50,317 nt of DNA from Cyclobacteriaceae bacterium (GTDB taxonomy: Bacteria; Bacteroidota; Bacteroidia; Cytophagales; Cyclobacteriaceae), in contig JAEUUB010000786.1 in assembly GCA_016787745.1 (NCBI GenBank), positions 1-50,317 of the forward strand, read 5' to 3'. This document shows, piece after piece, positions 44,477-50,317 of this stretch (its first letter is position 1; each line of letters begins with the position of its first letter). The notes under the pieces were generated by a model. That model saw only the letters and a list, made by a program, of their open reading frames with translations, was not told the DNA's origin and made no database searches. The translations under genes were made by a program, and so were the position numbers.

Positions 44477-47044
44477 ATGACATCCAAATACGAACAAATA
44501 GTTGGTGCCCGCTACCACATCTACAATAGCTTGTTCCTCAATCTTCCCTTTCAGGAAATTTCGCGTACCGGCACCTTGTTACCTTTATTACATCACTATT
44601 GTGAAGAAGGTTTTCAAAAGGGTGAATCGGCAATTGAAATTCTGCATCAATTTTTCAATGATCTTTTTCCGCAGGCAACCGCGGAAGAGCAATTCGATCT
44701 GCTTTTTAAATTTATTCAATATGTTGAGCGGCAAGTCGCTCTTTTTGATTCAATTGAAGATTCTGCATTTGAGCAGATCAATGAAATCGCAGGGAAAGGA
44801 ACCGTTACGTCTTTGCTCTTGCGCACCCGCTTTGATAGAAAGCAAAAAGAACTCATTGAACGACTGGAAACTTTTAGTTTGCGTACCGTACTCACCGCCC
44901 ATCCAACTCAATTTTACCCGGGCCATGTATTGGGTATTTTGACTGATCTTGAAAAATCAATTCGCGAAAGCGACCTTTTGCAGATTAACTTATTAATGCA
45001 GCAATTAGGCAAAACGGGTTTTATAAATAAAGACAAACCCACCCCGTACGATGAAGCCCTCAGTTTATGTTGGTATCTTGAAAATGTTTTCTATCAGGCG
45101 ATTCCCGAAATTATCCAATCACTCTGCACAGGTTTACAGATATCATTAACGGAGTGGAAGAATGATAAATTAATTGTAATAGGCTTTTGGCCTGGAGGCG
45201 ATCGTGATGGAAACCCTTTTGTGAAGAGCGATACAACACTGCGGGTGGCCGCCCGACTTCAGGATAGTATTCTAAAGTGTTATTATCGGGATTTGCGTGC
45301 CTTACGCAGGCGACTCACTTTCCGGGGAGTCGATAAAATCATTATCGCCATTGAACGAAAAATTTACCTTTGGGCCTACGAGTCGGAGCGTGGCTATGAT
45401 AAGGTAGATGACATGGTGACAGAACTTATGACGGCTCGCAAGAAATTATTAGATGAGCACAATGGGTTGTTTCTTAATCTCCTGGATGCATTTATTTTAA
45501 AAGTCAAAGTATTCGGCTTTTATTTTGCCAGTTTGGATGTTCGTCAAGACAGCCGCAAGCATGATTACGTCTGGTCTCAAATTCTGGATACCTGTGCCGC
45601 AAAAGGCCAGACAATCTCCTCAACAGATTTTTTAAAACTTTCACAAAAAGAGCAGATTGATTATTTATTGTCGCTTAAACTCTCGCTCGATGAAAATAAA
45701 TTTGAAGATCCTTTTGTTGAAGAAACTTTAGACAGCATACGGGCAATCGGAACAATTCAAAAAAATAACGGTGTAACGGGTAGCCATCGGTATGTAATAA
45801 GCAATTGCCAAAGCGCCTTGCATGTGATAGAAGTTTTTACGCTGGTGCGTTTGTTATTGGGAAGTCAGGAGTTGGAACTTGATGTTGTACCGTTATTCGA
45901 AACAATTGATGATCTTAAGCATGCACCCGATATTATGCACGAGCTTTATTCCATCAAAGAGTATCGTGCGCATCTTGAGAAGCGGAAAGCGCACCAAACT
46001 ATCATGCTGGGATTTTCGGATGGCACGAAAGATGGCGGTTATCTGCGCGCCAATTGGTCAATCTTCAGAGCGAAGGAAAATCTTACGGCTGTTTCGAGGA
46101 AGCATGGATTGAAAGCCATATTTTTTGATGGTCGGGGCGGGCCACCAGCCCGGGGGGGGGGGAATACGCATGATTTCTACGCATCGCTCGGAGATACCAT
46201 TGAGAATGAAGAAGTGCAGATTACGGTGCAAGGCCAGACAATAAGTTCAAACTTTGGAAAGGTTGCATCCTGTAAGTTTAACCTCGAACAGTTACTATCC
46301 GCGGGGCTTGAAGGGGCGGTTTCGCAGCGGGATGAAAGTCAGTTGTCGGATGAACAAAAGAAGATACTGGATGATTTGGCAGAAGTGGGCTACCAATCCT
46401 ATTTAAGCTTAAAACATCATCCTAAATTTGTGCCTTACCTCGAAAAGGTAACACCCCTTTCTTTCTTTGGGGATACAAACATTGGGTCGCGCCCGGCAAA
46501 AAGAAATGCTTCCGAGGGTTTGAAATTTGAAGACTTGCGGGCCATTCCTTTTGTGGGTTCATGGGCTATGATGAAACAAAATATACCTGGGTTTTACGGT
46601 GTAGGTTCTGCTTTAAAAGCCGTAAACGATAAAATAGGTATTCAAAAAATGAAATCCTTTTATGAAGATTCGCTCTTCTTTCGAACGCTGTTGGGCAATA
46701 GCATGATGTCTTTAACAAAATCATATTACGAGGCAACCACCTATTTGGGTAAGGATGAAGAGTTTGGGGAGTTTTGGAAGAAAATGTTTGCCGAGTTTGA
46801 ACTATCGCACAAACAGGTGCTGGAAGTTTCAGGGCAGAAAGGGCTTATGGAAAACAATCCGGCCATCCGCGATTCGGTTCGGTTGCGAGAACGCATTGTG
46901 TTGCCACTTATTGCCATTCAACAATTTGCACTTATGAATATTCGTACTCTTGATGATAAGAACAAGGTTTACGAATCACGGTACCGGAATCTGATTATCC
47001 GGTGCATGTTTGGAATTATAAATGCCGCCCGAAATTCTGCTTAA
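44477..47044 (+). CDS. ppc: Phosphoenolpyruvate carboxylase
   Basis: VLTAHPT, WPGGDRDGNP, VPLFET, MLGFSDGTKDGG, GRGGPPARGGG, LRAIP. Confidence 0.96.
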   Translation: MTSKYEQIVGARYHIYNSLFLNLPFQEISRTGTLLPLLHHYCEEGFQKGESAIEILHQFFNDLFPQATAEEQFDLLFKFIQYVERQVALFDSIEDSAFEQINEIAGKGTVTSLLLRTRFDRKQKELIERLETFSLRTVLTAHPTQFYPGHVLGILTDLEKSIRESDLLQINLLMQQLGKTGFINKDKPTPYDEALSLCWYLENVFYQAIPEIIQSLCTGLQISLTEWKNDKLIVIGFWPGGDRDGNPFVKSDTTLRVAARLQDSILKCYYRDLRALRRRLTFRGVDKIIIAIERKIYLWAYESERGYDKVDDMVTELMTARKKLLDEHNGLFLNLLDAFILKVKVFGFYFASLDVRQDSRKHDYVWSQILDTCAAKGQTISSTDFLKLSQKEQIDYLLSLKLSLDENKFEDPFVEETLDSIRAIGTIQKNNGVTGSHRYVISNCQSALHVIEVFTLVRLLLGSQELELDVVPLFETIDDLKHAPDIMHELYSIKEYRAHLEKRKAHQTIMLGFSDGTKDGGYLRANWSIFRAKENLTAVSRKHGLKAIFFDGRGGPPARGGGNTHDFYASLGDTIENEEVQITVQGQTISSNFGKVASCKFNLEQLLSAGLEGAVSQRDESQLSDEQKKILDDLAEVGYQSYLSLKHHPKFVPYLEKVTPLSFFGDTNIGSRPAKRNASEGLKFEDLRAIPFVGSWAMMKQNIPGFYGVGSALKAVNDKIGIQKMKSFYEDSLFFRTLLGNSMMSLTKSYYEATTYLGKDEEFGEFWKKMFAEFELSHKQVLEVSGQKGLMENNPAIRDSVRLRERIVLPLIAIQQFALMNIRTLDDKNKVYESRYRNLIIRCMFGIINAARNSA

Positions 47045-47060
47045 GTAATCCTTAAAGGAT

Positions 47061-48617
47061 ATGACTATAAAAATAAGATTAATCAAGAGTACGGTGATAA
47101 GTGCCGTTTTCTTTTTGTGTTTTGCGCAGACGAATGCGCAAAACACATCTGTACTTAATACCGATATGAGCCAATCCATAATTGATAAACATATTTACGG
47201 ACATTTTTCAGAACACTTAGGTCGCTGTATTTATGGTGGTTTCTATGTAGGCGAATCGAATACAAAAATTCCGAATACCGAGGGTGTACGAAAGGATGTG
47301 GTGGAAGCGCTAAAAAAACTTAAAGTTCCAAACCTTCGGTGGCCAGGAGGGTGCTTTGCGGACACCTATCACTGGAAAGATGGGGTGGGACCGAAAGCGA
47401 AGAGACCTACCATCGTTAATACCTGGTGGGGTGGTGTTACGGAAGACAATAGTTTTGGCACACACGACTTTTTAAATATGTGTGAGCTGATTGGTGCGGA
47501 ACCCTATCTCTCAGGAAATGTTGGAAGCGGTACGGTGCAAGAATTGTCAGAATGGGTTCAATACGTAAATTTTGAAGGTGTGAGCCCGATGTCGAATTGG
47601 AGAAAAGAAAATGGTCGTGATAAACCCTGGAACGTGAAATTTTGGGGAATAGGAAACGAAGCCTGGGGGTGTGGAGGCAATATGGTAGCCGAGTATTATG
47701 CAAACATTTACAGGCAATACACCACGTTCATGTCTAATTCGGAAAAAGCAAAACTTTTTAGAATTGCTTCAGGCGCAAATTCAGGGGATTACCACTGGAC
47801 AGAAGTGATGATGCGGGACATTCCGCACACTATGTTGGAAGGAATTGCCCTTCATCATTATTCTGTTATTGATTGGGGAAAAAAAGGCTCGGCTACTGAC
47901 TTTAGTGAACAACAGTATTTTCAAACTATGCAGCGCGCTTTGAAAATGGATGAATTAATTACGAAGCATGCCACCATCATGGATAAATATGATCCTGAGA
48001 AGAAAGTTGCTTTGGTTGTTGATGAGTGGGGCGGTTGGTATGATGTAGAGCCCGGCACAAATCCAGGTTTTCTCTTTCAACAAAACACCATTCGCGATGC
48101 CATTCTGGCGGGAGCAACGCTGAATATTTTTCATAAGCATAGCGATCGCGTGCGCATGGCTAATTTGGCACAAACGGTTAATGTGCTTCAGGCGGTTGTG
48201 TTAACGGATGAAGAGAAAATGATTGTAACGCCTACTTATCATGTAATGGAAATGTATAATGTTCATCAGGATGCCAACTACTTACCCTTATCCATTTCAG
48301 GGGGAGATTATGTTTTTGGAACAGATAAGCTTCCCGCTATTTCGGCCTCTGCCTCAAAAGATAAAGCGGGCTTGGTTCACGTTTCATTAGTAAATATTGA
48401 TCCTAAGAATAGCAAAGAGATCGCTATCGAAATACGAGGAGGCAAGTACACTACAGTAACCGGAAGGATTTTAACAAGTGCCAAACTGCAAGATCACAAT
48501 ACATTTGAAAAACCGGATTCTGTAAAGCCCATTCCTTTTAAGCAAGCCTCGCTGGTTTCAAATGTATTGAAAGTCACGCTGCCTGCACACTCGGTGGTAG
48601 TGTTAGAAGTAAAGTAG
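47061..48617 (+). CDS. Exported alpha-L-arabinofuranosidase (GH51)
   Basis: IYGHFSEHLGRCIYGG, RWPGGCFAD.YHW, GNEAWGCGG, VDEWG, MANLAQTVNVLQ. Confidence 0.93.
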   Translation: MTIKIRLIKSTVISAVFFLCFAQTNAQNTSVLNTDMSQSIIDKHIYGHFSEHLGRCIYGGFYVGESNTKIPNTEGVRKDVVEALKKLKVPNLRWPGGCFADTYHWKDGVGPKAKRPTIVNTWWGGVTEDNSFGTHDFLNMCELIGAEPYLSGNVGSGTVQELSEWVQYVNFEGVSPMSNWRKENGRDKPWNVKFWGIGNEAWGCGGNMVAEYYANIYRQYTTFMSNSEKAKLFRIASGANSGDYHWTEVMMRDIPHTMLEGIALHHYSVIDWGKKGSATDFSEQQYFQTMQRALKMDELITKHATIMDKYDPEKKVALVVDEWGGWYDVEPGTNPGFLFQQNTIRDAILAGATLNIFHKHSDRVRMANLAQTVNVLQAVVLTDEEKMIVTPTYHVMEMYNVHQDANYLPLSISGGDYVFGTDKLPAISASASKDKAGLVHVSLVNIDPKNSKEIAIEIRGGKYTTVTGRILTSAKLQDHNTFEKPDSVKPIPFKQASLVSNVLKVTLPAHSVVVLEVK

Positions 48618-48621
48618 AATT

Positions 48622-50317
48622 TTACGATCTGGAAATTTTATTCTTCACCCACACTCTCGCATTAACAAACGCCTCTATCCATGGACCCACTTCATCAGTT
48701 TTTTGGTTGCGCGGATAATACCCCCAATTCCAGGGAAAGAGTGAGCGTTCAATGTGTGGCATAATAGCCAGGTGTCTTCCGTCTTTTGAACAAAGCGCAG
48801 CCGTAGAAAAATCAGAGTCATTCGGGTTTCCGGGATACTCAGGATAGGTATAGGTGGCAGCGATCTGATAATCGTTATGACCCTTCAAATCAAATCTTCC
48901 TTCGCCATGCGCTACCCACACTCCAAGCTGTGCCCCCGCGTAGCTTTTTAGCATGATCGAATTATTTTTTGGAATTTGGATGGTGACGAAGGTTGATTCA
49001 AATTTACCTGAGCCATTGTGATGCATTTTAGGATGCGCGCTCATTTCCCGGTCCTGATAAACCAATCCCAACTCCATCATTAACTGACATCCATTGCAAA
49101 CGCCCAGACTTAATGTGTCCTCGCGCTTGTAAAAATTATCTAGGGCCTCTTTCGCTTTCGGATTATACAGGAACGCACCAGCCCAGCCCTTAGCGGACCC
49201 GAGCACATCGGAGTTTGAAAAACCTCCCACGAAAACGATGAGATTAACTTCTGTTAAATCTTCACGACCGGTCATGAGATCAGTCATGTGCACATCTTTA
49301 ACATCAAAGCCCGCCAGGTATAGCGCGTAAGCCATTTCCCGATCGCCATTAACACCCTTCTCCCGGATAATAGCGGCCCGGATTCCGGTAGGGGTTCTTC
49401 GTTTAGGATCTATCTCGAAGGCAGAGAACTTGCCCTTAAAAGTGGGCTGAAATTTATACGCTAACGGTTGTTTAAAAATATTTTCCTTTCGCGAAGCGGC
49501 ATGTCCTTTCGTACGTTGCAACGCATCCAACCGGTAAGAAGTTTTGAACCAGGTATCTCTTAATTTGTCAATCGACAATTGATAGTTGGCTATTGATAGT
49601 TGCCTTAAGTTCGTTACTTCTCCAATCGCTATCGCTTTAATGTCCTTAGCCTTCAGTATTTTCTCAACTTCGGTGTTGTTGTTCACCTGAAGCACAATTC
49701 CTGGATTTTCAGCGAACAGCACTTTGATTACATCATCACCCAACGCGCCTGTATTAATTTTCATACCTACATCTGGAACAGGAAAACACATTTCCAACAA
49801 GGTGGTAATAATTCCACCCGAGGAAACATCATGCCCAGCCAGAATAAGATTTTGCTTTATTAATTGTTGAACGGCTTCAAAAACTTTTGCAAAGTAGGTT
49901 TCATCAGTTATCGTTGGGGCTTCGGTCCCTATTTGATTCACGACCTGCGCAAAACTGCTTCCACCCAACTTGAAATTGTCTTTTGAGAAATCAATATAAA
50001 TTAGTTTTGAACCAACAATAGGTTCAAGGGCTGGTGAAATGGTTTGGCGGATGTCACTCACTTCGGCTACAGCCGAAATAATTACAGTGCCTGGAGAGTA
50101 GACTACTTCACCCCCCGGATACTTCTGGGTCATTGATAAAGAATCTTTTCCCGTGGGAATATTAATACCCAGTTTGCAGGCAAAATCGCTCACGGCTTCA
50201 ACCGCGGTATAAAGTCGCGCGTTCTCCCCCTTGTTTTTTGCAGGCCACATCCAGTTCGCGCTAAGCGAAACCCCTTTCAATCCGTAGGTAAGCGGGGCCC
50301 AGATTATATTTAGCAGT
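48622..50317 (-). CDS. purL: Phosphoribosylformylglycinamidine synthase (large type), 3' part; start lies beyond the window
   Basis: Frame open to the edge (LLNIIWAPL..LSANWMW); GKDSLSM, HDVSSGG, glutaminase LGVCNGCQ, MPHIER. Confidence 0.95.
   Translation of the reverse strand, partial: LLNIIWAPLTYGLKGVSLSANWMWPAKNKGENARLYTAVEAVSDFACKLGINIPTGKDSLSMTQKYPGGEVVYSPGTVIISAVAEVSDIRQTISPALEPIVGSKLIYIDFSKDNFKLGGSSFAQVVNQIGTEAPTITDETYFAKVFEAVQQLIKQNLILAGHDVSSGGIITTLLEMCFPVPDVGMKINTGALGDDVIKVLFAENPGIVLQVNNNTEVEKILKAKDIKAIAIGEVTNLRQLSIANYQLSIDKLRDTWFKTSYRLDALQRTKGHAASRKENIFKQPLAYKFQPTFKGKFSAFEIDPKRRTPTGIRAAIIREKGVNGDREMAYALYLAGFDVKDVHMTDLMTGREDLTEVNLIVFVGGFSNSDVLGSAKGWAGAFLYNPKAKEALDNFYKREDTLSLGVCNGCQLMMELGLVYQDREMSAHPKMHHNGSGKFESTFVTIQIPKNNSIMLKSYAGAQLGVWVAHGEGRFDLKGHNDYQIAATYTYPEYPGNPNDSDFSTAALCSKDGRHLAIMPHIERSLFPWNWGYYPRNQKTDEVGPWIEAFVNARVWVKNKISRS

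Overview
A mostly core-genome window from a gliding Bacteroidota organism, probably Cytophagales. Support: gldA/F/G, a T9SS type-B CTD protein, TAnnTTTG promoters and Shine-Dalgarno-less AT-rich starts. It carries cation transporters (CaCA, CNNM/TlyC, corA, mgtE, MscS), dnaN, the yceD-rpmF-fabH-efp-accB-accC cluster, pdxA/rsmA, greA, gpsA with a PlsB-like acyltransferase, fabD, folK, sppA, metG, an SQR-TusE-DsrE sulfur operon, pth-rplY-prs, tRNA-Gln, ppc, a GH51 arabinofuranosidase and the 3' part of purL. The main result lies in the apparent 1 kb gap at 33414-34426, missed by the ORF track. It holds a minus-strand tandem array of four small secreted-peptide genes: three 43-aa lipoprotein precursors with an identical mature peptide (CTEEEVKPQTDQGGSSGGSAIKE) and a 53-aa paralog lacking the lipobox Cys but sharing a GG-x-A-[IL]-K-E motif. 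The array sits head-to-head with an orphan TPR-sensor histidine kinase, making it a candidate peptide-ligand/TPR-kinase signalling system. No databases were searched, so family calls rest on motif recognition.
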